From IMG/VR virus record IMGVR_UViG_3300017766_002086, positions 1-40,568 of that record: a DNA stretch of 40,568 nt; one strand, 5' to 3'. The DNA is from a virus. Lineage: Duplodnaviria > Caudoviricetes. Positions 8,033 to 16,110 of this stretch are shown here, piece by piece. Position 1 is the stretch's first letter; every line of letters starts with the position of its first letter. The translations under genes and the position numbers were made by a program. Under the pieces are notes generated by a model. That model searched no databases, was not told where the DNA came from, and was given only the letters and a program-made list of their open reading frames with translations.

Positions 8033-8580
8033 TGGCCGTGGCCCCCTACTGGCGCGAACGCCTAGCCGCCCGCCGCCCCATCCGCAATGACGCCTATTGG
8101 GTGGAAGGGTTCGACTACAAGCTGCACGACGACCGCCCCGGCGACACTTGGCCCAAGCGGCTGGCGAAACAGGCGCTCTGGATGGACTATCTGGCGTGGT
8201 TCGAAGACGTCTATCTCCCGCCCTTCAAGGAAGCGCCCTACTACCAAGATTTCCCCGATCAGCTGCCGAAGCCCTGCACGGAGGTGGAGTTCTGGGCGGC
8301 TATCGCGCCGTTCCTCTACGTCGTGGGCCGGAATATCCAGACGCGGGGGTATTTCGTGTGGGGACAGCGCCAGCATCTTGGCCAGTGGGTCAAGTGCAAG
8401 GTGCACCGCAACTTCATCCGCATGGCGGACCACGAAGAGTGCCTGTCCACGTTCGCGATGCAAATGGGCGAGGGTGGGGCCGATGACGTCCGTAAGATTG
8501 CGCGGGCGACGGAACGCGCGCACCGGTCTATCGCGACCAACACCGCTAAGCTTCCGGCAAGCATGCGGAAAGCGGATTAG
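8032..8580 (+). CDS. Hypothetical aromatic-rich protein, 182 aa
   Basis: TGATG coupling with primase-helicase; GAGGAGG RBS. Confidence 0.75.
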   Translation: MAVAPYWRERLAARRPIRNDAYWVEGFDYKLHDDRPGDTWPKRLAKQALWMDYLAWFEDVYLPPFKEAPYYQDFPDQLPKPCTEVEFWAAIAPFLYVVGRNIQTRGYFVWGQRQHLGQWVKCKVHRNFIRMADHEECLSTFAMQMGEGGADDVRKIARATERAHRSIATNTAKLPASMRKAD

Positions 8581-8583
8581 GGG

Positions 8584-8612
8584 TTGACACGCAATCTTGG
8601 GGGTGATAAGGT
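8584..8612 (+). promoter_or_regulatory. Strong sigma70-type promoter
   Basis: TTGACA-17bp-TAAGGT with extended TG. Confidence 0.65.
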
Positions 8613-8656
8613 GCCGTTTTCGGGCATCCCGCCCTCCAACCCCGAGGATACACGAC

Positions 8657-9307
8657 ATGGCTGACGCCGCCAAGACCGCCGCCGCCGAAGGTGCGGCCAA
8701 GACCAAGGAAAACACCATCAAGGCCACCGGCTCCGCGCCCGTCGCCGACGCTTCCGGCGCCCCGGCGAATGCCGGCAAGTCGATCATCGACGCGAAATAT
8801 CGCGATGGTCGCTACAAGGAAGGCGACTGGCTGGCCAAGTTCATCGCCGAACAGGCCACCAAGACCCGCGAGGTCGAGAAGAAGGTCCCGACCGGCGAGG
8901 ACGGCGGCTTCAAGAGGGAGAAGTCGAACGTGCCGGACGGCATCGACGTCGACGCCCTGTTCAAGCTGGCCAAGGCCAACGGCCTCGACGTGGCCAAGTT
9001 CCAGGACCAGCGCAACAGCCACGGTTTCCCCGGCCGCTTCCGGATGACCGTGCGGAACATGCTCCAGGCCGCTGCGAAGCGCCGCCACGGCGTCCAGAAC
9101 GTCGGCGGCACGTGGGTCGCCGCCCCGGCGGACTGGCTGTCCGAGAAGGGCGCGCCCGCCAAGCCGACCCACGAGCAGAACGGGACCAAAATCCCGGTGG
9201 CCAAGCCCGCCGCCGAAGCCGCCCCGGCGGCTGACGCCAAGGCCGACGCCAACACGGTCAAGGCGACCGGGGCCAAGCCCGCCGCCGCGCCGACGCCGAA
9301 GAAGTAA
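8657..9307 (+). CDS. Lys/Ala-rich putative DNA-binding protein, 216 aa; paralog of 1414..2370
   Basis: GAGGA RBS; GDWLA...ANG...GRFRMTVRNML core; AKP-rich termini; own promoter and terminator. Confidence 0.85.
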   Translation: MADAAKTAAAEGAAKTKENTIKATGSAPVADASGAPANAGKSIIDAKYRDGRYKEGDWLAKFIAEQATKTREVEKKVPTGEDGGFKREKSNVPDGIDVDALFKLAKANGLDVAKFQDQRNSHGFPGRFRMTVRNMLQAAAKRRHGVQNVGGTWVAAPADWLSEKGAPAKPTHEQNGTKIPVAKPAAEAAPAADAKADANTVKATGAKPAAAPTPKK

Positions 9308-9337
9308 CCCGCCACCGACCCGCTTCTTCGGAATGGG

Positions 9338-9369
9338 AACGGCCCCCCGGTTCGCTGGGGGGCCGTTTT
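9338..9369 (+). terminator. Intrinsic terminator
   Basis: AACGGCCCCCCGG-TTCG-CTGGGGGGCCGTT stem followed by T run. Confidence 0.75.
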
Positions 9370-9389
9370 CGTATGCAAGGGGCCAAGGG

Positions 9390-9418
9390 TGGACCCGGTG
9401 CCCGTCCGCTGGTATAGT
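9390..9418 (+). promoter_or_regulatory. Promoter of putative small RNA
   Basis: TGGACC-17bp-TATAGT with extended TG. Confidence 0.55.
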
Positions 9419-9422
9419 GGTG

Positions 9423-9522
9423 TATCGGCAGACGGCGCTCCCTCGCCGGGTCCGATAGACCGGGGGTTGCACGACCGGTCCAAAAAGCCCGCTCGGGGTC
9501 AGGTCCCGCAGCGGGCTTTTTG
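9423..9522 (+). ncRNA. Candidate structured small RNA (~100 nt)
   Basis: Between a promoter and a terminator with no ORF; three consecutive stems; CUCCCU loop. Confidence 0.5.
9481..9522. terminator. Bidirectional intrinsic terminator
   Basis: Perfect 13 bp inverted repeat CAAAAAGCCCGCT/AGCGGGCTTTTTG. Confidence 0.8.
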
Positions 9523-9529
9523 TTGCCCG

Positions 9530-9558
9530 TTGACGCCGTAGTGGGGGCGTGGTATGGT
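9530..9558 (+). promoter_or_regulatory. sigma70-type promoter for the replication operon
   Basis: TTGACG-17bp-TATGGT with extended TG. Confidence 0.7.
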
Positions 9559-9603
9559 GAGGGTGAGGCCAACCCGGCCCTTGTTGATAGGACGACCCTG
9601 AAA

Positions 9604-10125
9604 ATGTCTGACACCGTGACCCCGGACCTCGTGTCCGCCCGGCTCAATGCCGGTTCCGCCGCCCTCCGCGAAATCAACGCGGGCATGGAAGAGGCGATCG
9701 CAATCCTCCGAAAATCCGGCGACCTGCCCGAAGTCTGCCGCGCCTACAAGGCGATGCAGGACGCCTACGACGCGCTCGACGTTCAGCGCAAGGCCCTCTA
9801 CGAGAAGCTGGAGGGCATGTCGCGCGGCACCATCCCCGAAATGCTCACCGAAGAAGGCGTGTCCAACATCACGCTGGAATACGGTGACGGCCTGAAATAC
9901 CGGTTCGGCAAGAACCAGCGCATGTCCTGCTCGATGCCCGACAAGGTGGGCGGCATGGACTGGCTTCGCACCAACGGCGGCGAAGGCCTGATACAGGAGA
10001 CGGTCAACTCCTCGTCTCTGTCGGCGTTCGCCAAGGACTACGTGACCCAACACGGCAAGGACCTGCCCGACGACTACTTCCGGGTGTCCACGCTGATTTA
10101 CACCAGCATCACCAAGGCGAAGTAA
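9604..10125 (+). CDS. Conserved phage replication-module protein, 173 aa (coiled coil; WLRxNG..LIQETVN motif)
   Basis: AGGA RBS; motif resembles a family often found next to SSB/PolA genes in phages. Confidence 0.75.
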   Translation: MSDTVTPDLVSARLNAGSAALREINAGMEEAIAILRKSGDLPEVCRAYKAMQDAYDALDVQRKALYEKLEGMSRGTIPEMLTEEGVSNITLEYGDGLKYRFGKNQRMSCSMPDKVGGMDWLRTNGGEGLIQETVNSSSLSAFAKDYVTQHGKDLPDDYFRVSTLIYTSITKAK

Positions 10126-10215
10126 CCTTGGCGTGGGCGTCACCTGCCCGCTTAGTGGTGAGTTAGCCGGGGCCACCGGCACTTTAATGGAACCCTGAAA
10201 CCAAGGTAAGAGACA

Positions 10216-11067
10216 ATGGCTCGCGCACCCGCAAAAGCTGACCAATCCACGGACCTCGCCAACGTCGGCGCGTCCGCCGTCCCCGCGTTCCTGCAGAACA
10301 CGGACAAGGGCACCAAGCTGCAGGGGATGGAATCCACCGACTTCATCGTCCCCCGCATCAAACTGCTGCAGGGGCTGTCCGAGGAGGTCGAGGCCTTCGA
10401 GGAGGCCAACGCCGGGGACTTCTGGCTCAACGTGCTGGATATCAACCTCGGCAAGTCCATTCGCTTCGTGCCGCTGTCCAACCGGAAGCGGTATCTGCTG
10501 CTCCCCCCCATCGGGGACCCGCGCGGCGTTCTGGCTCGGGCCGACGACGGCAAGACCTGGAACACGCTGGGCGAATGGGATATCAAGCTGAAGAATATCC
10601 GCAACCCGGTGAAATGGGCGATCGAAGACCTCGACGTCCGCAAGTCGGGTCTGGCGGAGTTCGGCAGTTCCAACCCGGACGACCCGGACAGCAACCCGGC
10701 GGCGACGCTGTTCTACGAATATCTGGTCTACCTGCCGGACGTTCCCGAACTGCCTTCTCCGGTTCTGCTGTCGCTGGCCCGGTCGCAGTCGAAGAAGGCG
10801 CGTGACCTGAACGGCAAGATAGAGTTCGCCGGGGTCCCGATGCAGGGCCTGATCTTCAAGGCGGGCATCGTGACCGAAACCGGGGCCGAGGGGGACTACA
10901 ACAACTACCAGTTCTCCCGCGACGGCTTCACCGACGAGGCCACCTTCCTGAAGTGCGTCGAATTCGCCGAGCGCTTCAAGGACTACCAAGCCGCCGATGA
11001 AGCGGGGCTTGCCGCCGACGCCGCCGGGCCTTCGGGCGCGCCGGTCGACACGGGCGGGGAGTTCTAA
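10216..11067 (+). CDS. Putative single-stranded DNA-binding/annealing protein, 283 aa
   Basis: IVPRIKLLQGLSEEV motif; acidic tail ending in F (DTGGEF); upstream of DNA polymerase. Confidence 0.6.
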   Translation: MARAPAKADQSTDLANVGASAVPAFLQNTDKGTKLQGMESTDFIVPRIKLLQGLSEEVEAFEEANAGDFWLNVLDINLGKSIRFVPLSNRKRYLLLPPIGDPRGVLARADDGKTWNTLGEWDIKLKNIRNPVKWAIEDLDVRKSGLAEFGSSNPDDPDSNPAATLFYEYLVYLPDVPELPSPVLLSLARSQSKKARDLNGKIEFAGVPMQGLIFKAGIVTETGAEGDYNNYQFSRDGFTDEATFLKCVEFAERFKDYQAADEAGLAADAAGPSGAPVDTGGEF

Positions 11068-11136
11068 CCACCTCCCCCGGCTGACGGGAGGGGCGACGGA
11101 CGGCATAGCTAGGCGCGCGGGGCCACTGGCCCGGCC

Positions 11137-11180
11137 AGCCCGGCGCAGCCGCTCCCGACCCCCTCCCGGCGGCTCCCTCG
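11137..11180 (+). repeat. Dispersed GC-rich intergenic element; inverted copy at 18662-18712
   Basis: Exact 14-mer TCCCGACCCCCTCC (11153-11166) is the reverse complement of 18676-18689, with similar flanks. Confidence 0.6.
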
Positions 11181-11221
11181 GGCCACGCGGCCCGCCACCC
11201 CCTAGCGCTAGGACCCGCGCC

Positions 11222-11404
11222 ATGGCGAAAGTTACCGGCAAGATGATGAACGAGGCGATGCTGGCCGTCTCGAAGTCGATGCAGCCCGAACGGGCCGAGA
11301 GCATCCAGCGTCAATACGACAGCATGTCACCGGAAGAGCGGATGCAGATGAACGCCATGAGCGACCTGCTCGCCACCGAGTTGAACAAGCGGCTGGCTTC
11401 CTGA
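11222..11404 (+). CDS. Small Met-rich helical protein, 60 aa
   Basis: AGGA RBS; TGATG coupling downstream. Confidence 0.65.
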   Translation: MAKVTGKMMNEAMLAVSKSMQPERAESIQRQYDSMSPEERMQMNAMSDLLATELNKRLAS

Positions 11405-11595
11405 TGGAGCCGCCCCCCTTCGCCGTGGTGCTAACCCCCGTTGGGTGGAACGCCATGCGCCAGCTGCTCGAAGATGCGGAGCGCTGGGACGACATTGACG
11501 ACATGCAGGGGCGTCTTGTCGTCGGTGACACGGTTTACGTCCACACCCCCGCCAACGCAATGCCGGAGTTCGAAGTCGATGCTGACGCTGGGTGA
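11404..11595 (+). CDS. Hypothetical protein, 63 aa
   Basis: TGATG coupling; codon bias. Confidence 0.6.
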   Translation: MEPPPFAVVLTPVGWNAMRQLLEDAERWDDIDDMQGRLVVGDTVYVHTPANAMPEFEVDADAG

Positions 11596-13417
11596 AAAGG
11601 CCGAAATGGCTCTGCGGGTCGTCCGCGAAGAGCCGAAGATCGCCTTCGACGTCGAGACGTCGGGCCTCGATTGGCGCGTCCACAACCCGGTGGGCTACGT
11701 CATTACCGCTTCGGCGGAGCAAAACTTCTACATCCCCATTCGGCACGGCGGCGGCGCTAACCTTATGGACCCACGGTGCCGCCCCCTCGTTACCGCGACG
11801 GACCCGATTATCGTCCACGAATGGGAGGAGGCGCTGGCCGACGCCTTCGAAGAGCGCATCCGGCGCGGCTTCCTGACCATCGGGCACCACCTCAAGTTCG
11901 ACATGCACATGTCGGCCAACGCCAACATTCTGCTGGGCCGCAACTGCGGGGACACGCAGCACAACGCGGCCATGCTGAACGAATACGCCCGCTCCTTTTC
12001 ACTGGCGAACGTGGCCAAGTCGGAAGGGGTGACCCCCAAGCTGGGGGAGGCGCTTTACGAGCGCATCAAGGAATACACCGGCTGCGCCGAGAGCGGCCCC
12101 AAGACGATGGAACACTACTGGCAGCTTCCCGGCGATGACGAGGAAGCGGTGGCCTACTCCTGTGGGGATGGCATCACGACCCTGGAAGTCTGGGACAGCC
12201 AGATGAAGGCCATTGCCGAGGAGGGCATGGGGCCAATCCAGCACATCGAAAGCCAGCTGATCTGGACCGTCTTCCGCATGGAGCGCCGGGGCATCAAGGT
12301 CGACGAGAAGTATATCGACGCGCTGGTCAAGGCCATCCACGAAGAGCAGACCGCCGCCAAGCTGGTCCTGCCAGAGGGGTTCAACCCCCGCAGCGGCCCG
12401 CAGACCCGCGCGCTGTTCGAACAGGCCGGGATTACCAACTGGCCGACGACCGCCATCGGCAACCCGTCGTTCACGGAGGGGTTCCTCAAGAAGTCCACGC
12501 TCGGCAAGTCCATCATCGCCATCCGCCAGCTGGAGAACCTTGAAAACACGTTCGTCGGCCCGCTGGTCGAGCGCCATATCTTCGAGGGCCGGGTCCACGC
12601 GACCCTGAACCAGCTTAAGGCGGACGACACCGGCACGGTATCCGGGCGCTTCTCCTGCAGCGACCCGAACCTGCAAGCCATCCACAAGCGGAACAAGGTC
12701 CTCGGTCGCCGGTTCCGGAAAATCTTCGTCGCGGACCCCGGCATGGAGTTCAACGAGGCCGACTACAGCCAGTGCGAACCCCGCCTGTTTGCCCACTACA
12801 GCAAGGAGCCGTCGCTGCTGGAAGGGTATAACATGACCCCCTTCCGCGACATGCACGCTGTTGTGGCGGAAATGATGCAGGTCGACCGGGACGTCACCGC
12901 CAAGCGGATGAACATGGGCATCCTGACCGGGATGCAGGTTAACACCTTCGCCGGGCACATGGGGTGGACCGTTGAGGAGGCAGCCGCGAAGCACCGGGAG
13001 TGGTTCGAAGTCTTCCCCGGCATCAAGCAGTTTCAAGATAAGGCCAAGCGCGCGTTCAGGGATAGGGGCTACGTGGTCACCATCCTCGGGCGCAAGTGCC
13101 ACCTTGACAACCCCCGCTTCGCCTACCGGGGGACCAGCCGCATCATTCAAGGCGGTAACGGCGACATTTTGAAGGAGCGTATGCTGCGATGCGACGAGTA
13201 TCTGGAAAGCGAAGGCGATATCACCCACCTGCTGATGACGGTTCACGACAGTTTGAACTGGCAGTCGCCGAAAGGGGCCGAGGGGGAGAAGCAGTCCCGC
13301 GAAATGGTCAAGATTGCGACCGACGTTCAAGGCGAGCCGTTCAACCTGCGGGTCCCGTTCGTCATGGACGTGGGCAAGGGCAAGGATTGGGCCGAAGCCA
13401 CATACGGACCGGAGTGA
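11579..13417 (+). CDS. dpoZ: Family A DNA polymerase with 3'-5' exonuclease and no 5' exonuclease; DpoZ-like, 612 aa
   Basis: ExoI FDVETSG, ExoII HHLKFD, SGRFS..PNLQ, motif A ADYSQCEPR, motif B KRMNMGILTG, IQGG, motif C VHDS; same genome as purZ/datZ. PolA call is secure; Z-specificity is inferred. Confidence 0.8.
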   Translation: MLTLGEKAEMALRVVREEPKIAFDVETSGLDWRVHNPVGYVITASAEQNFYIPIRHGGGANLMDPRCRPLVTATDPIIVHEWEEALADAFEERIRRGFLTIGHHLKFDMHMSANANILLGRNCGDTQHNAAMLNEYARSFSLANVAKSEGVTPKLGEALYERIKEYTGCAESGPKTMEHYWQLPGDDEEAVAYSCGDGITTLEVWDSQMKAIAEEGMGPIQHIESQLIWTVFRMERRGIKVDEKYIDALVKAIHEEQTAAKLVLPEGFNPRSGPQTRALFEQAGITNWPTTAIGNPSFTEGFLKKSTLGKSIIAIRQLENLENTFVGPLVERHIFEGRVHATLNQLKADDTGTVSGRFSCSDPNLQAIHKRNKVLGRRFRKIFVADPGMEFNEADYSQCEPRLFAHYSKEPSLLEGYNMTPFRDMHAVVAEMMQVDRDVTAKRMNMGILTGMQVNTFAGHMGWTVEEAAAKHREWFEVFPGIKQFQDKAKRAFRDRGYVVTILGRKCHLDNPRFAYRGTSRIIQGGNGDILKERMLRCDEYLESEGDITHLLMTVHDSLNWQSPKGAEGEKQSREMVKIATDVQGEPFNLRVPFVMDVGKGKDWAEATYGPE

Positions 13418-13500
13418 CCGCCTTGGATATCTGCCTGATCGTCTTCGGCATCGCCGTTCTTTCCACATCGGAGGGCCGCGCGCTCTTCTGCGGAGGCTGA
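13414..13500 (+). CDS. Predicted single-TM micropeptide, 28 aa
   Basis: GTGA coupling; ICLIVFGIAVL hydrophobic stretch. Confidence 0.4.
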   Translation: MTALDICLIVFGIAVLSTSEGRALFCGG

Positions 13501-13501
13501 C

Positions 13502-13711
13502 ATGGGACGATATGAGCCAGACGTCCAGTTCGAAGGCAGGAGCCTTGGGGCGCAGGGCGCGAGCCTCTATTTCCAGGGTGACTTCTGGGACAAGCCCGAG
13601 AACGTGCCCCTGTCACAGTGCGAGTTCGAACCGGACCCGCTATCCGAAGAGCCGGGGCGCGGGACGCTGACAGTCCGGGGATGGCTGGTCCGAAAGAACG
13701 GGTGGTCATGA
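13502..13711 (+). CDS. Hypothetical protein, 69 aa
   Basis: GGAGG RBS; VPLSQ..WLVRKNGW pattern. Confidence 0.7.
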   Translation: MGRYEPDVQFEGRSLGAQGASLYFQGDFWDKPENVPLSQCEFEPDPLSEEPGRGTLTVRGWLVRKNGWS

Positions 13712-13996
13712 GTGCGCAAGTCGCGACCCGGCGAGGCTGTCTGCAGATGCGCGGCCTACCGCTTCCCGCACCGGTTCAGCGGCGGGGCTTGCACCGGGCA
13801 CCATCTGGTGGAAGAGCAATGGGAGCGAAGCTACGGAGGCGGCGAGTGCCGGGAGTGCCACAATCTGGACGACGAATGCGGGGTGGCAGCCTGTCAGGTC
13901 GTGAACGGTGCGGAACGCACGGAGCATTGCCCGATATGGGCGGAGTATGTTAGAGTTAACGAGATTAGACTGGTAGGACCACGATGGACAAGATAG
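13712..13996 (+). CDS. Cys-rich putative zinc-binding protein, 94 aa
   Basis: CRC..PHR..C, CxxC and further Cys; follows previous stop directly. Confidence 0.6.
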   Translation: MRKSRPGEAVCRCAAYRFPHRFSGGACTGHHLVEEQWERSYGGGECRECHNLDDECGVAACQVVNGAERTEHCPIWAEYVRVNEIRLVGPRWTR

Positions 13997-14220
13997 CCGT
14001 ATGCGAAATCAGGACCCGCGATCGCCGCGCCTCGTTTGCGACGGCCAACCCGCAGCGCGCCCACACGGAAGGTCGCCGGGTGGCAGATGCGCTGGGGTTC
14101 CCGAGCCGGTGGGGGCATAGCCTCTTCGTCACCTGCTTCGAGTTCGTCAAGGTCGAATGCCCTGTCACCCGTCAAGATTACATGACCCCGAAGAGGATAA
14201 GACGTTATGGCGCAAGCTGA
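13984..14220 (+). CDS. Hypothetical protein, 78 aa
   Basis: AGGA RBS; overlaps both neighbours. Confidence 0.55.
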   Translation: MDKIAVCEIRTRDRRASFATANPQRAHTEGRRVADALGFPSRWGHSLFVTCFEFVKVECPVTRQDYMTPKRIRRYGAS

Positions 14221-14674
14221 ATTAGCGGTCCAGACGAACATCATCAAGTCGGTCCGCCGCGACGGCGGCTATGGCCGGAAGATGAGCAACCGGTTCGCCA
14301 TCGGCGTTCCCGACCTGCTGATCGCTCTTCCCCAATTCGCGCCCTGCGTGATTGAGGTGAAGGACTTCGGCAAGGTGGCCGACACGTTCGACCGCCAGAT
14401 CGAAACCACCGACAAGCAGCGCGACGAAATGAAGCTGTTCAGCCAGCCCTACGAAGACGGGGGCCTCGGGAGGACCGCATTCGTGGCCGTCCGGGTCATC
14501 CACCGGGGGGAGGACCGCTTGGTGGTGCTTCCTCGGCTCGCGGAGCGCCTGTCGAGCGCATACGAGGACGACCCACAGGCGTGGAGGAAGCGTCAGGTGG
14601 GCCTCTACTACGAACTCTCGCCCATGCTGCGGCGCTGGAAAGCCGCAACGTGCCGCCTCCCACACCACCTCTAA
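14207..14674 (+). CDS. PD-(D/E)XK nuclease (VRR-NUC/Holliday-junction-resolvase-like), 155 aa
   Basis: N-terminal E..Q, GVPDLL, IEVK, downstream Q. Confidence 0.75.
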   Translation: MAQAELAVQTNIIKSVRRDGGYGRKMSNRFAIGVPDLLIALPQFAPCVIEVKDFGKVADTFDRQIETTDKQRDEMKLFSQPYEDGGLGRTAFVAVRVIHRGEDRLVVLPRLAERLSSAYEDDPQAWRKRQVGLYYELSPMLRRWKAATCRLPHHL

Positions 14675-14682
14675 GGAACCCC

Positions 14683-14982
14683 ATGTGCATGACCGACATT
14701 AACCCCGGCGCGATGACCGCCCAACAAGTCATCGAGAGCCGCGAAGAGAGCCACGGCGACTATCGGGTGCAAGCTGCCCTGTCGCAAGCGCAGAAGGACC
14801 TGCTGCGGGCAAGCCCCGGCTGGGAGCGCCTCGCCCCGGACCAGCGCGAAACCCTGGACATGATCTGCGTCAAAATGTCGCGGGTTCTGAACGGCGACCC
14901 GAACACCGCTGACCACTGGCTCGACATGGCCGGATATGCTACACTGGTCCACAATCACCTGACGAAAGGAACACCCCTCTAG
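14683..14982 (+). CDS. DUF6378-like small all-alpha protein, 99 aa
   Basis: R...HGDY, KMSR...D...DHWLDMAGYA motifs; AAGGA RBS. Confidence 0.65.
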   Translation: MCMTDINPGAMTAQQVIESREESHGDYRVQAALSQAQKDLLRASPGWERLAPDQRETLDMICVKMSRVLNGDPNTADHWLDMAGYATLVHNHLTKGTPL

Positions 14983-16110
14983 ATGCGCACGATCAACGAA
15001 GCCCTTGCGGGCTGGTTCGAACAGCCGGGGGCATACGTCCTCGTCGACGGACAATTCGGCTCCACCGGGAAGGGCCTGATGGCCGGGGTCCTTGCCCAAT
15101 ACGGCGCGGGGGCCATCACCCATTGCACGACCAACGCCGGACCGAACAGCGGCCACACGGCCTACCTGGAACCCGGCTGGAGCGTCCCGAACCCGGCTGC
15201 GGCTACGGAAAACGAGGCTCTCCCTCGGGAACGGAAGATCGTCACCCAGCAGGTTCCGGTGGCGTCGGCCTTCCTGTCGCTGATGGGCTACCCGAACGTG
15301 ACCTACATCAACGCCGGGGCGATGGTCGAGGAGGAAATCCTCCGTCGTGAGGTCGAGGAGTGGCTCGACTACCGTTCCGTTTTCGTGCACCCCAACGCGG
15401 CCATGATTTCGCCGGATGACGTCGTGACCGACAAGCTGGTCGTCTCGGCCATCGCCGGGACCGGCAAGGGCACGGGACCCGCGCTGGCCCGCAAGGTGAT
15501 GCGCGACCCGCACGTTACGGCGGAGAGCGTCTATCAACCGATGCTCCCGGCGACGACCCACGGCTTCCAGCGGACGTGGGACCGGTTCTGGGATTGGGAC
15601 CGGGACGTGGTGTTCGTGGAAACCGCGCAGGGCTACTCGCTCGGCCTGAACAGCAGCCGGTTCTACCCCCACGTCACCAGCCGCGAATGCACGGTCATGC
15701 AAGCGCTGGCCGACGCCCGCATCCCGGCGCAGATGCTCCGCAAGGTCATCAGCTGCTTCCGCACCTTCCCCATCCGGGTCGGCAACACCGAGAACAGCAG
15801 CGGGGACTGCTACAACGACCAGCACGAAATCTCGTTTGCGGATATCGGCCAGCCCGACGAGATTACGACCGTCACGAAGCGGGTCCGCCGCCTCTTCACG
15901 TGGTCGCGGCTGCAGTTCCGGGAGAGCATCGCGGCCAACCGGCCCGACGTCATCTTCATCAACTTCATGAACTACCTGCCCGAGAGCGAACGGGCGGACT
16001 TCATGCAGGACGTGGTGTTCGACTACGAGCGGGTCATGGGCAAGCTGCCCGACGCCATCCTTGCCGGGTATGGCCCCCGGTCGTCCGACGTTGCGGTGTG
16101 GCCCCGGTGA
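14983..16110 (+). CDS. purZ: PurZ, N6-succino-2-amino-2'-deoxyadenylate synthase (PurA homolog), 375 aa
   Basis: DGQFGSTGKG (Ser in place of PurA's catalytic Asp), NAGPNSGHT, ETAQG, YPHVTSR, PIRVG, TTVTKRVRR, NFMNY (as in phiVC8 PurZ NFCNY), GYGP. Confidence 0.92.
   Translation: MRTINEALAGWFEQPGAYVLVDGQFGSTGKGLMAGVLAQYGAGAITHCTTNAGPNSGHTAYLEPGWSVPNPAAATENEALPRERKIVTQQVPVASAFLSLMGYPNVTYINAGAMVEEEILRREVEEWLDYRSVFVHPNAAMISPDDVVTDKLVVSAIAGTGKGTGPALARKVMRDPHVTAESVYQPMLPATTHGFQRTWDRFWDWDRDVVFVETAQGYSLGLNSSRFYPHVTSRECTVMQALADARIPAQMLRKVISCFRTFPIRVGNTENSSGDCYNDQHEISFADIGQPDEITTVTKRVRRLFTWSRLQFRESIAANRPDVIFINFMNYLPESERADFMQDVVFDYERVMGKLPDAILAGYGPRSSDVAVWPR

Noticed and set aside
14983-16110. Ordinary adenylosuccinate synthetase (purA) or GTP-using PurZ0
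   Set aside because: GSTGKG rather than GDEGKG, NFMN rather than TKxD, and adjacency to datZ/mazZ-like genes favour PurZ
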